From an uncultured Candidatus Saccharibacteria bacterium (GTDB lineage Bacteria > Patescibacteriota > Minisyncoccia > Phycocordibacterales > VMEP01): a stretch of DNA of 48,043 nt. The notes below the pieces were generated by a model. The model was not told the DNA's origin and ran no database searches. It saw only the letters and a list, made by a program, of their open reading frames with translations. The stretch covers positions 1-48,043 of the forward strand of contig CAYHZS010000001.1 in NCBI GenBank assembly GCA_964361185.1, written 5' to 3'. Of this stretch, positions 1 to 9,064 are shown one piece after another (positions within the stretch are counted from its first letter, which is position 1; each line of letters starts with the position of its first letter). Position numbers and translations under genes: made by a program.

Positions 1-1545
1 AACGGTGAGATATATAATTATAAAGAATTACGGGCAGGGCTTGAAAAAAAGGGGTATCGTTTTTCCACCGGCTCCGATACCGAGGTAATATTAAAAACAT
101 ACATAGAGTATGGCGACGAATGCCCTAAATACCTGGACGGGATGTTTTCTTTCGCCCTATGGAATGAAGAAAGCAATGAGCTGTTCGTGGCACGGGACAG
201 ATTCGGCAAGAAACCTTTCTATTATTCAATTGAAAGTGAGACTCTTATTGTTGCTTCTGAAATAAAAGCTATTTTGGCATCCGGAATAAATGGGGAAATC
301 GATTTGAGTGCTGTAGATAACTACCTCACTTTAATGTACATACCACCCTGGAAAAGCGTGTACAAAAATATACATGTCCTTCCACCCGCCCATCGGGGGG
401 TTTTCAAAAATGGGAAACTGGAGATGTCCCAATATTGGAAACTTGAGAATAAGCCGATAAATGTTTCCTATGAAGACGCCAAGGGGGAAATAAAAAGATT
501 GTTTGAAGAATCAGTTAAAAAAAGAATGGTGTCCGACGTGGAAGTCGGGGCCCTCCTTTCTGGCGGCGTCGACTCGACTCTTGTATGTACGTATGCCCAG
601 AAATACTCAAATCACCCCCTTAAAACATTTTCTGTAGGATATGAAGGTTATATAAATGAGCTCCCCTACGCCGAGGAAGCCTCCAAAAAAATAGGCACCG
701 AACATCATACCCTGCAAGCTAAAGGCAATCTTACCCACGAACTTGAAAAGGTAATTGAATACATGGACGAGCCTCATGCCGATTCGTCCAATTTCCCGCA
801 ACACCTAATATCCGAACTGGCTTCCACAAAAGTAAAAGTCGCGCTGTCCGGCGACGGAGCCGACGAACTGTTTATGGGTTACGGCTGGTATTGGAAGTAC
901 TGGAACGTTCAGAAGCACGTACAATTTATAAACGCTCTTTTCTCAAACCCCTTTAAAGAGCACCTGAAAAATCTTTCAGTCTGGAGCAAGAAAGACAGGG
1001 TGGAATTGTGGAAGGATTCATCCTTCGTAAACAATGATGTAATAGGGCAAGCTCAATCGGTAAGAAAAAATAATATAAAAAAAGTTAATCTTTTTGACCT
1101 TACGACATATCTGCCGGGGCAGCTCCTTTCAAAAATAGACCGTACTAGCATGATGCATTCTCTCGAAATACGCTCCCCTTTCCTTGATTACAAACTAGCT
1201 GAATATGTATACAATCTCCCTGAAGAATACAAGCATAATAAGAAAGAAGGGAAAATAATATTGAAAGACATCCTTTCAGAGTTCATGTCAAAGGAATTTG
1301 TTTACCGTAGAAAACAAGGGTTCGGGGCTCCGGTTCCAGCTTGGCTGAAAGACAAAAAGATGAAAAAGTACGTATGTGATAAATTAAATAGCGGGGCCAT
1401 GGTATACAATTTTTTAAAGGAGGAGAAGGTTAAATCAGTACTTGGGGAATTTTATGACAATAAAAACGAAAAAGTTCACTATAAGATATGGTCCCTTCTT
1501 TGTCTTGAGTTGTGGCTACAAAGCCATAAAAAATATCATGTTTAA
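1..1545 (+). CDS. asnB: Asparagine synthase (glutamine-hydrolysing) family amidotransferase; 5' end lies outside the window
   Basis: Frame 1 is open from base 1 (NGEIYNYKELR...GSDTEVIL, glutaminase domain) and runs into the 142..1545 ORF. PP-loop motif SGGVDS is present in LLSGGVDSTLV, followed by a long synthetase domain. TAA stop at 1543-1545. Confidence 0.85.
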   Translation, partial: NGEIYNYKELRAGLEKKGYRFSTGSDTEVILKTYIEYGDECPKYLDGMFSFALWNEESNELFVARDRFGKKPFYYSIESETLIVASEIKAILASGINGEIDLSAVDNYLTLMYIPPWKSVYKNIHVLPPAHRGVFKNGKLEMSQYWKLENKPINVSYEDAKGEIKRLFEESVKKRMVSDVEVGALLSGGVDSTLVCTYAQKYSNHPLKTFSVGYEGYINELPYAEEASKKIGTEHHTLQAKGNLTHELEKVIEYMDEPHADSSNFPQHLISELASTKVKVALSGDGADELFMGYGWYWKYWNVQKHVQFINALFSNPFKEHLKNLSVWSKKDRVELWKDSSFVNNDVIGQAQSVRKNNIKKVNLFDLTTYLPGQLLSKIDRTSMMHSLEIRSPFLDYKLAEYVYNLPEEYKHNKKEGKIILKDILSEFMSKEFVYRRKQGFGAPVPAWLKDKKMKKYVCDKLNSGAMVYNFLKEEKVKSVLGEFYDNKNEKVHYKIWSLLCLELWLQSHKKYHV

Positions 1546-2689
1546 AATCTCAAGCGCCTATCAGGCATACAGAAATAAAATAACCAACAAGCTGTTCGGC
1601 ACCGTACATATGGAGGCTCAGGGAAAGAGAAGAGGGTATGTACTGATTTCTTACATAACAGAACCTTTTACCATAGCTCCCTGGGAACCACTTTCGAATT
1701 TCCATACAAATTATTGGGAATGCTATGAAATTGCGCGACTTTTTACAGAAAAAGGTTATTCGGTAGATATAATAAACGCCAAGGATAAAAATTTCATTCC
1801 GAAAAAGCCCTATACCGCGTGTGTGGACGCAGAGAATAATTTAGAGCGCTTTTCGCCTTATCTGCCGAAAAACTGCAAGAAAATATTTCACATCTTAATC
1901 TCTCACTGGGAAGAGTATAATGAAGCTGAAAATAAAAGGCTTCAGGAGCTTAAAATAAGGCGCGGAATAGAACTTAAGCCACGAAGACGTATGGAGCCGT
2001 CCCGCAATGCAGAAATTGCCGATTATTTGGAGGGATTCGGCAATAATGCAATATTCAGAACATTCGTACGTTTCGGAAAACCGATATCATTCATACCCAT
2101 ATCAGCAGTGGTTAATTACAAGTTCTCGGAAAATAAAAACTTTACTGACGCACGTAAACATTTTCTCTGGATAGGTGGGGGTGGGTCGGTACTTAAGGGA
2201 CTGGATATTACCCTTGAAGCTTTCAGCAAAATGCCAAATTTACACTTACATGTCTGCGGTCCAGTATCGGCGGAAAAGGATTTTGCGGAAGCCTACAATA
2301 AAGAATTGTATGAAACTCCAAATATACATGTTTATGGACGCATTGATGTTGCCGGGAAGAAGTTTGGGGATATCATAGATAAGTGCGCCGCAATCGTATA
2401 TCCTTCCGCTGGAGAAGGGTCATCTGGCGCAGTTGTTCAAGCCATGCACGCCGGGCTTGTCCCGATAATCACTCATGAGACGGGAATACAGGAAGATTCC
2501 GGCTATATACCGCTTGAAAATCCGACCCCCCAATCAGTCTCCAAAGCAGTTCAAGATTTTGCCAATACTTCGCCTGAAAAAATCCGTGAGCTTTCGCATA
2601 AAATTTGGTTGTATGCGAGAAAACGTTACACTCGTGGTGAATTCAGTCGGACATATAAAAAATTTATTGAAGAAAAATTAGGATTATGA
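1538..2689 (+). CDS. Glycosyltransferase, GT-B fold (GT4-like)
   Basis: C-terminal EGSSGAVVQAMHAGLVPIITHETG resembles the GT4 donor-binding motif. Start placed at ATG 1538 (MFKISS...), overlapping the upstream stop by 8 nt; the track start at 1442 lies inside the upstream gene. Confidence 0.6.
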   Translation: MFKISSAYQAYRNKITNKLFGTVHMEAQGKRRGYVLISYITEPFTIAPWEPLSNFHTNYWECYEIARLFTEKGYSVDIINAKDKNFIPKKPYTACVDAENNLERFSPYLPKNCKKIFHILISHWEEYNEAENKRLQELKIRRGIELKPRRRMEPSRNAEIADYLEGFGNNAIFRTFVRFGKPISFIPISAVVNYKFSENKNFTDARKHFLWIGGGGSVLKGLDITLEAFSKMPNLHLHVCGPVSAEKDFAEAYNKELYETPNIHVYGRIDVAGKKFGDIIDKCAAIVYPSAGEGSSGAVVQAMHAGLVPIITHETGIQEDSGYIPLENPTPQSVSKAVQDFANTSPEKIRELSHKIWLYARKRYTRGEFSRTYKKFIEEKLGL

Positions 2690-3534
2690 AACCTCTTATA
2701 AGTGTCGTAATTCCCGTACACAATTGTGAAAATACCATTGGGGACGCTGTAGCCTCGATTCTTAATCAAACTTATCCAAATTTAGAAGTTATAATAGCCA
2801 ACGACAACAGCACTGATGGCACTAAAGATATTTTAGAACGTCTCGCGGAATCAAATCACAAATTAAAAATCGTAGACGTGCCGGACGACCCTGGCCGATT
2901 TGACCCAAAAACCAAGCGTAATATAAATGCGGGGTATTCCGCAAGAAATGAGGCTTTTAAATACACCCGTGGAGAATATATAACATTCCAGGACGCGGAC
3001 GATACCTCTTTTTTAAACCGCATAGAGGTTCAGTATGATCTTTTAACCAAATATGGATCAACCCATCTGACCATTGACTGGGTGCGATTTGACGAGAAAT
3101 ACATTGGTAAAAAACTTAATGTATCAACATTTCCAAATGATTTTAAAATGCTTTCACCAAAAGAGCTGTATAAGATGTCTCAAAGATCAAAAGGGCTGGT
3201 TGCAAAAATTTCAACTGTCGTTAATGAAGCAGTGCCATTCAGTTTAAAAAGAAAGAAGATTATCAACAAGCTTTTCTTCGGCTCTCTGGAAAATTATCCC
3301 GGGCAAGGCAATTCTCCCCTATTCAAACGGGAAGTTGCTGATAAGATAAGCTTCAGAAAATTATCGGAGCGGGTGTGGCCGTCTTTCATGGGCCGAGGAG
3401 CTGACAAGGATTTTAATTTCCAGGTCGCCGAAACTTTTAAAAACAGCCACGTATTATTTATCCCGCTTTATATGTGGCGGGTAAAAGACCAGAATGAGAG
3501 ATATCCTGATGGCATAGGCGAATTTTTAATTTAA
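2686..3534 (+). CDS. Family 2 glycosyltransferase (GT-A fold)
   Basis: ISVVIPVHNCENTIGDAVASILNQTYPNLEVIIANDNSTDGT plus FQDADD (DxD) are GT2 signatures. ATGA overlap with the upstream stop. Confidence 0.8.
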   Translation: MKPLISVVIPVHNCENTIGDAVASILNQTYPNLEVIIANDNSTDGTKDILERLAESNHKLKIVDVPDDPGRFDPKTKRNINAGYSARNEAFKYTRGEYITFQDADDTSFLNRIEVQYDLLTKYGSTHLTIDWVRFDEKYIGKKLNVSTFPNDFKMLSPKELYKMSQRSKGLVAKISTVVNEAVPFSLKRKKIINKLFFGSLENYPGQGNSPLFKREVADKISFRKLSERVWPSFMGRGADKDFNFQVAETFKNSHVLFIPLYMWRVKDQNERYPDGIGEFLI

Positions 3535-3536
3535 TC

Positions 3537-3571
3537 AAAAAAAAGCTCCTCCCCATATACTAGGGAGGAGC
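3537..3571 (-). terminator. Intrinsic terminator between convergent genes (best fit for the minus-strand radical SAM gene)
   Basis: GCTCCTCCC (3545-3553) pairs with GGGAGGAGC (3563-3571) across a 9-nt loop. On the minus strand the hairpin is followed by T8 (A8 at 3537-3544 on plus). On the plus strand there is no downstream U-tract. Confidence 0.7.
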
Positions 3572-3626
3572 GACTCGCGACAAAGCCCGGAGCTAAAAGC
3601 TTCAAGCCGGATATGGAAGGCCATGT

Positions 3627-5423
3627 TTACCTCCATTCGGAAAGAAGTCTGTTCAGGCCCAGTTTCTCAAAACGAACGCGCCAGAAAGCTGATTCTTCGA
3701 GGTATGTGTCCGTTTCCTCGAAATTACCCCTGGCTTCGGTGTAATTGCCCAGTTTCTTGTTCACGATGCCCAAGTAAAGGGCCGCCAAAGCAATGTGCTT
3801 CGGCAGGCGGTCGATAATGGCGCGCAAGTTAAGGCGTTGCATCGAAAGCTTCACCGGATTTTCGATTCTTGCTATGCGTTCGTAGTTGACAAGATAGTCC
3901 ATCATGAACCACACGTCCGGCATTTCTTCCCGCGAGGGAATACAATCGGAGCACGAAGGGTCAAGAACATGCGGGTTGAAAGCGCTTAGTTCTGTTTCAC
4001 GCCTTTCCTTAAGGCGCTGGCCTCCCGCCGGACCCACAAACATCTTAGAGGACAGGACCGTGTGCTCATCCGTAAGTCCCCTGTCCACCATCGTCTGCGC
4101 CATCGCGGTGCCGCCAAAGGGAGACAGGATTTGAATCGGATACCAGTCAAGCTCGATTTCCCTGGCCAAATTAATGGTATTCCAGATTTTTCCCACGGTT
4201 TCATCCGGGAACCCGACCATCAGGAACCCTTTGGCAAAAACACTTGGATACTCTTTCATCAGTTCGCCGACCCGCCGGAAATGTTTCACTCCGGAAGGCT
4301 TCTTAACCGATTTAAGAATCTCTGGGTCACCTGATTCAATGCCGAAACTAAGCCCGATACAGCCGGACTCATAAGCGGCCCGCATCACTTCTTTGGTGGT
4401 AACGGACGCTATGACTCCATTTGAGGCGTCCCATGTAATCCCCAGGTTCCTTCGGATGATTTCATTGAACATTTCCACGCAATCCGGACGGAACAGGTCG
4501 TCATCAAGCCACATGAAGTGTTTGATTCCGTAATGTTTCGCCAGGCGTTCCATCTCATCCACGACCACAACTGACTTTCTTTCGCGCACTCCGCTTCCGT
4601 TGAAACTATGCACCGAGCAGAATGTGCATTGGGCTCGGCACCCGCGATTGGCCAAAATGGTACTTACTGGCGGATTGCCTATTAGCCAGCGGTATACGCC
4701 GATTTCGCCCCACTTGCCGTTCTCGCCCAAAGGCAGGTCGTCGTAATCCGGAGAATAATTCAATTTATCTCCGTCCGGGAATATCCGACGCTCAATGTAA
4801 AGGTATTCCCCTCCGTCGATAATGCCAGTCTGGGTCAGGCGGTCTTCCGTAATTTTACCGTTCGCGAAATCGATGAAGTTTACAAATGCTTCGTCGGCTT
4901 CGTAGGCGATAACCGCGTCAATGTTCGGAATTTCTTCCAAAACCAGTCGCGTATTGTTCGAGGCGTGAACCCCGCCAACCACTATCGGCACACCGGGAAA
5001 AGACATCTTAGTGTAATCCACAACCGCCCTCAAAGAAGTGTGGGTTGCGGAAAACATACAGCTGACACCGACCAAGTCCGGCGCGAAAGACTCTACGGCG
5101 CCCTCAAGCATAGTCTGCCAGCGCTTGTAGTCAAACACCTCATCCTTCACGTGGGACAGAACCTCAAAATTGAGATCAATGAGCCTGGTCGTATAGCCGG
5201 CCACCCGCAAATCACGCGAGAGCAGGCCAAGCCCGTAAGGCGGGAAGCAGGGATATCTTTTCAATTTGGCGGTTGCCAGATCGAAATCGTCCTCGCCCAC
5301 CTGCGGGATGTTTATCAGAAGAATCCTCCCGCACCCGTTAGGAAAGAGCTTTTTAACCCTGCGGGCCACCTGTCCTTGAATTACGTCATCGGAATTCTTA
5401 ATCTTAAAAGTAGCGGTATTCAC
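3627..5423 (-). CDS. Cobalamin-binding-domain radical SAM protein (class B radical SAM, methyltransferase-like)
   Basis: N-terminal B12-binding-type region (ILLINIPQV..., PPYGLGLLS, VGVSCMFS), then a CxxxCxxC cluster motif as CRAQCTFCSV. GTG start lies 7 nt after AGGAGG (cctcct at 5431-5436 on plus). Visibly richer in G+C than the neighbouring GT2 gene. Confidence 0.8.
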   Translation of the reverse strand: MNTATFKIKNSDDVIQGQVARRVKKLFPNGCGRILLINIPQVGEDDFDLATAKLKRYPCFPPYGLGLLSRDLRVAGYTTRLIDLNFEVLSHVKDEVFDYKRWQTMLEGAVESFAPDLVGVSCMFSATHTSLRAVVDYTKMSFPGVPIVVGGVHASNNTRLVLEEIPNIDAVIAYEADEAFVNFIDFANGKITEDRLTQTGIIDGGEYLYIERRIFPDGDKLNYSPDYDDLPLGENGKWGEIGVYRWLIGNPPVSTILANRGCRAQCTFCSVHSFNGSGVRERKSVVVVDEMERLAKHYGIKHFMWLDDDLFRPDCVEMFNEIIRRNLGITWDASNGVIASVTTKEVMRAAYESGCIGLSFGIESGDPEILKSVKKPSGVKHFRRVGELMKEYPSVFAKGFLMVGFPDETVGKIWNTINLAREIELDWYPIQILSPFGGTAMAQTMVDRGLTDEHTVLSSKMFVGPAGGQRLKERRETELSAFNPHVLDPSCSDCIPSREEMPDVWFMMDYLVNYERIARIENPVKLSMQRLNLRAIIDRLPKHIALAALYLGIVNKKLGNYTEARGNFEETDTYLEESAFWRVRFEKLGLNRLLSEWR

Positions 5424-5606
5424 CGTCAGTCCTCCTAAAAATTGGTTTTAACCTCTTTGACTTTCAATGTGCGAAGCGATGCCATAGAATCGGCAATTGG
5501 GGTCTATTAACCTCCAAATATTCCGCTTTTATCTACGAGAACTATAAACTATCCGCCCAAAATAGCAAGTAAGAAACACTTTGTATCTAATGTCAATAAA
5601 AGCTTT

Positions 5607-6422
5607 TTAAAAAATAGAGTTCACGGCTCCCCCGTCTATGACTAGACACGAACCGGTTATGAATTTCCCTTTGTCTGAAGCCAAGTAAACTGCCAAATTA
5701 GCCACATCATCAAGCTCAACAACTCCGCCCAAAATAGTTTTGCTGGAGATTTCTTTCATTATTTTTTCTTCGGCCTGCTTGAATGTGCTACCTTCCCTTT
5801 TCGCCCTATCGGCTACATCTTTAACCCAGGCACCGCCTTTGACCGTGTGCGGACAAATTGCATTTACTAAAATCCCATATCTACCCCATTGATTAGAAAG
5901 ATATTTGCTCAAATGAATCATCGCGGCTTTCATCGCCCCGTAGTGAGGAATGAAATTGCCAGGCCGTTTCCCTGAGACACTTGCCATATTGATAATGCGG
6001 GCGCATTTGGACTGGCGGAGTAACGGCAATGCTTCCCGGCTGAACCTCACCATGCTCATGAGATTAATATCAAAAACCTCCTGCCAATCGGAATCGTTAA
6101 GTCCTTCAAAATTGGCGAACTTGAGCGCTCCTCCTATATTATTAACCAGAATATCCAAACGCTTAAAATCTTTTTTAATATCTGCCACCGTATCTTTTAC
6201 CTGTCCGGCATCAGTCGCGTCCGTCACGTACCCCCGGCATTTTGCTCCAGTTTTTTTAATCAAAGCAACCGCTTTGTTCAAATCTTTTTTAGATCGTCCA
6301 CAAATAGCAATAGAGGCTCCTTCTGTTGCCATGGCTACGGCTATGGCAAAACCAATACCACGGCTGCCACCGGTTATAAAAGCAACTCTTCCTTTCAGTT
6401 CTGTTCCTTTTGATTTATTCAT
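5607..6422 (-). CDS. Short-chain dehydrogenase/reductase (classical SDR, ketoreductase-like)
   Basis: TGGSRGIG cofactor motif, NNIG, catalytic YGAMKAAM (YxxxK). Confidence 0.85.
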   Translation of the reverse strand: MNKSKGTELKGRVAFITGGSRGIGFAIAVAMATEGASIAICGRSKKDLNKAVALIKKTGAKCRGYVTDATDAGQVKDTVADIKKDFKRLDILVNNIGGALKFANFEGLNDSDWQEVFDINLMSMVRFSREALPLLRQSKCARIINMASVSGKRPGNFIPHYGAMKAAMIHLSKYLSNQWGRYGILVNAICPHTVKGGAWVKDVADRAKREGSTFKQAEEKIMKEISSKTILGGVVELDDVANLAVYLASDKGKFITGSCLVIDGGAVNSIF

Positions 6423-6431
6423 AACTATATT

Positions 6432-7310
6432 TTAGTTAATGAATTTTCCAATTCTCCGCTTTATTCCGTCAGGGGTCAGTTTAAGAAATTCATCCTGTTC
6501 GCTCTCGGTGCCGTAGTTGCGCAAAAACTCCCTTGGCACTCCAATAAAAAGCGTTTCCACTTTCCGTCCCGCGACAGCCTCGGCCACATCAAGCGCCAGA
6601 GCTCCGCTGTAATACGGCTCGCAAATAACTATTTTATCCCCACAAATATTATTACGCAATGTCTCTCCATCGAAAGGATGCAGGGTCGTATAGTAAAGAA
6701 TGGTGACATCCATGTCCCGGCAAGCTTCTTTTACTCGGTCTAACATAGTTCCTGCGGCAATCACCGTGGCAATTCTGCCCTTCTTAATAACATTGGCTTT
6801 TCCAAATACGACATCCTCGCTATTACTATTGCTTTTTTCGCTAAGGCGGAAATAAGTCGGCTGTCCGTTTTTGTATGACTGTTTAAAAAGGCTGTCAAAT
6901 TCGGCCGCCGTACCCGGTAAAACTATCTCAATTTCCGGCACGTTCTTAAGTATACCGACATCAGCCGGGCAATGATGAGTCGATCCAAGCGCGGAATAAT
7001 CGTATGAAGCGCCCACGCTTACGAAATTTCCTCCCAACCGCTGGTAGCCGAAGTCATTTTTTATCTGCTCGAGAGCCCTCTCCACGATGAAAGGAGCAAT
7101 GGTATGGACGACGGGGACAAATCCCTGCATTGATAACCCGGCGGCCAATCCCACCGTTGACTGCTCCAATATGCCTATGTTATAGACCCTCTCGGGGAAT
7201 TTTGATAGAGCGTTGCGGAAACCGAACACCCCTATGTCGCCTAAAAACAAAACCAATTTGTCGTCAGTTTCCAAAAGTTCATCTATTGTGCGGACAAATT
7301 GTTTGCGCAT
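6432..7310 (-). CDS. Transketolase, C-terminal (pyrimidine-binding) subunit of a split enzyme
   Basis: LGDIGVFGF...YNIGILEQSTVGLAAGLSMQGFVPVVHTIAPF matches the transketolase/DXS pyrimidine-binding domain. The 292-aa size is typical of a split subunit. Lies 4 nt downstream of the N-terminal subunit gene. Confidence 0.8.
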   Translation of the reverse strand: MRKQFVRTIDELLETDDKLVLFLGDIGVFGFRNALSKFPERVYNIGILEQSTVGLAAGLSMQGFVPVVHTIAPFIVERALEQIKNDFGYQRLGGNFVSVGASYDYSALGSTHHCPADVGILKNVPEIEIVLPGTAAEFDSLFKQSYKNGQPTYFRLSEKSNSNSEDVVFGKANVIKKGRIATVIAAGTMLDRVKEACRDMDVTILYYTTLHPFDGETLRNNICGDKIVICEPYYSGALALDVAEAVAGRKVETLFIGVPREFLRNYGTESEQDEFLKLTPDGIKRRIGKFIN

Positions 7311-7314
7311 AAAA

Positions 7315-8076
7315 TTAATCGAGCTCGCTTAAAATTTTTTTCAACTCCTCCTCTTTGGGGGACTTGTGATGCCATTCATGGTTGTTTTCCATTACATTAG
7401 AGCCGTACCCTTTAATTGTCTCCGCAATAATGGCCTTCGGCTGGCCAGAGCTTTTTTGGGAAAGCGCTTCGTAAATTTCATCATGATTATGGCCGTTTAT
7501 GGAAGAAGTTTTCCAGCCGAAAGATTCAAATTTTTTCCTCAAGTCGCCCAAAACAAGCGCCCTGTCCCCGGAATGATTGTAGTCAATTATACAATATAGA
7601 TTATCCAATTTGTGGTGGGAAGCGAGCATTGCCGATTCCCAAATCGTCCCTTCGTTTGATTCACCGTCGCCTATTATCACGTAAACTTTGCCAGGCTCCT
7701 CTTTTATTTTCATTCCGAGCGCTAGTCCCACGGCCATGGGCATGCCGTGACCTAAAGAACCGGTCGAAGCTTCTACACCTTTAATCTTATTACGGTCAGG
7801 GTGGCCGCCGAGTGAGCTGTCAAACTTGCCGAAGCTTTCCAGCTCCTCTGTCTCAATGAATCCCTTTTCCGCAAGAACAGCGTAAAGTCCGAGAGAAGCA
7901 TGCCCTTTGCTCAGAATAAGCCTGTCCCGGTCGGGGTCATCCGCTTTTTCCGGGGTAATGTTAAGAACGCGATCATACAGCACCCAGAGCAAATCAAGAA
8001 TGGAAAAAGCGCTGGGTATATGGCCTTCACCCGCCCGAGCCGCGATTTCTATGATTTTTTTCCTTAAATACTTCAT
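7315..8076 (-). CDS. Transketolase, N-terminal (thiamine-diphosphate-binding) subunit of a split enzyme
   Basis: GHIPSAFSILDLL, SKGHASLGLYA, GSLGHGMPMAVG and IGDGESNEG motifs of the ThDP-binding module. Confidence 0.85.
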   Translation of the reverse strand: MKYLRKKIIEIAARAGEGHIPSAFSILDLLWVLYDRVLNITPEKADDPDRDRLILSKGHASLGLYAVLAEKGFIETEELESFGKFDSSLGGHPDRNKIKGVEASTGSLGHGMPMAVGLALGMKIKEEPGKVYVIIGDGESNEGTIWESAMLASHHKLDNLYCIIDYNHSGDRALVLGDLRKKFESFGWKTSSINGHNHDEIYEALSQKSSGQPKAIIAETIKGYGSNVMENNHEWHHKSPKEEELKKILSELD

Positions 8077-8163
8077 TTGAAATTAATTTACAGTAAAGTG
8101 ACTTTAACACGATAAAACTGTAAAGTCCATAAAATATTCCTACTTAAAAAACGCCACGCTGGT

Positions 8164-8191
8164 TTTACAATTCTAAGAAAAAGCATATAAT
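8164..8191 (+). promoter_or_regulatory. Sigma-70-like promoter candidate for the plus-strand methyltransferase operon
   Basis: TTTACA (8164-8169), 16-nt spacer, TATAAT (8186-8191), about 57 nt upstream of ATG 8248. Pattern match only, in AT-rich DNA. Confidence 0.35.
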
Positions 8192-8204
8192 GCCAGTTAA
8201 TCTT

Positions 8205-8231
8205 TATAGCCGGAACGCAGTTCCGGCTATA
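8205..8231. promoter_or_regulatory. Perfect 12-bp inverted repeat (operator or 5'-UTR hairpin candidate)
   Basis: TATAGCCGGAAC-GCA-GTTCCGGCTATA. It starts about 14 nt after the candidate -10 box and ends 16 nt before ATG 8248. No U-tract follows. Confidence 0.45.
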
Positions 8232-8247
8232 GCATAAAATACGCAAA

Positions 8248-9027
8248 ATGTTCTACAAACTGAAAATTTTGGCTTCAAACTCTTCGCTTGGCATACGGAT
8301 TATCCGCAAGTGGAAAAAGCTTGCCGGACTGAAAGACGGAGAAATTAACGCCAATCTGATAAAGAAATACTCTCCCGGAAAATCATTCGCCGACATCGGC
8401 GCCCTTTGGGGTGTTGACGGGCAAAATTCATTCCTAGCTGAAGAAAGCGGAGCAACAAGAGTCGTAGCGACAGACGTATATCCGGCAAGCGCAAAATTCT
8501 TGGAAGAAAAGAGGAGGATAAACTCCTCAGTGGAATTCATCGAGGGAGACATAAACCTCTCGGAAACCTCTGGAAAAATCGGCCCTTGTGACATCGTTTT
8601 TTGTTCAGGCGTTCTTTATCACACACCTGACCCAGTTCATATGCTCGCCCGCCTGAGATCTATCACCAAAGAAACATTGATACTCAATACCTCGTCTATC
8701 CCAGAAATGCCGGGCATAAAAAACGGCGCTGTTTTTTATCCTTTCCTCAGTGAAAACCAAAGAAAAATATGGAACAGAGGCATAGGCAGCCAAAAGGCAA
8801 TTACCGGACCATATGAACCTGAAAGTGGCTACGGAAACTGGTTTTGGGGAATGACCCCCAGTTCCATAGAATCAATGCTTAAATGCGCAGGATTTGAGGT
8901 GATGGAACGTCATATTTCCCAATTCTTTTCTGTGTTCGTTTGCCGAGCTGTGGAAATAAAATTTACTGCTTCATCGGGAGAGTGGAACACTCCGAAAGAC
9001 AAAGAGTTTCTAAAGTTCAGAAGGTAA
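8248..9027 (+). CDS. Class I SAM-dependent methyltransferase
   Basis: Motif I-like FADIGALWGVDG, acidic ATDVY, and post-I/II region DIVFCSGVLYHTPDP, typical of Methyltransf_11/23-like proteins. Confidence 0.65.
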   Translation: MFYKLKILASNSSLGIRIIRKWKKLAGLKDGEINANLIKKYSPGKSFADIGALWGVDGQNSFLAEESGATRVVATDVYPASAKFLEEKRRINSSVEFIEGDINLSETSGKIGPCDIVFCSGVLYHTPDPVHMLARLRSITKETLILNTSSIPEMPGIKNGAVFYPFLSENQRKIWNRGIGSQKAITGPYEPESGYGNWFWGMTPSSIESMLKCAGFEVMERHISQFFSVFVCRAVEIKFTASSGEWNTPKDKEFLKFRR

Positions 9028-9064
9028 TTTTCCCGGGTGAAATTACAAAAAATATTAATATTCC

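Noticed and set aside
1442-1537. N-terminal extensions of the track ORFs (1442, 10011, 12510, 13545, 38966, 45441) considered as true starts.
   Set aside because: The extensions overlap the 3' ends of upstream genes or begin at GTG. Internal ATGs give standard ATGA/short-gap junctions and protein N-termini that match the family.
3563-3571. GGGAGGAGC considered as a ribosome-binding site for an unannotated gene.
   Set aside because: No start codon or ORF follows at a suitable distance. The sequence is the 3' arm of the terminator hairpin pairing with GCTCCTCCC at 3545-3553.
4965-5438. 157-aa plus-strand ORF, and similar long antisense ORFs at 5950..6435, 18402..18872, 19575..20076, 37690..38313 and 39548..39991.
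   Set aside because: All lie fully inside strongly supported opposite-strand genes. They have Arg/Ser/Pro-rich low-information translations and no motifs. They are shadow ORFs of the real coding frames.
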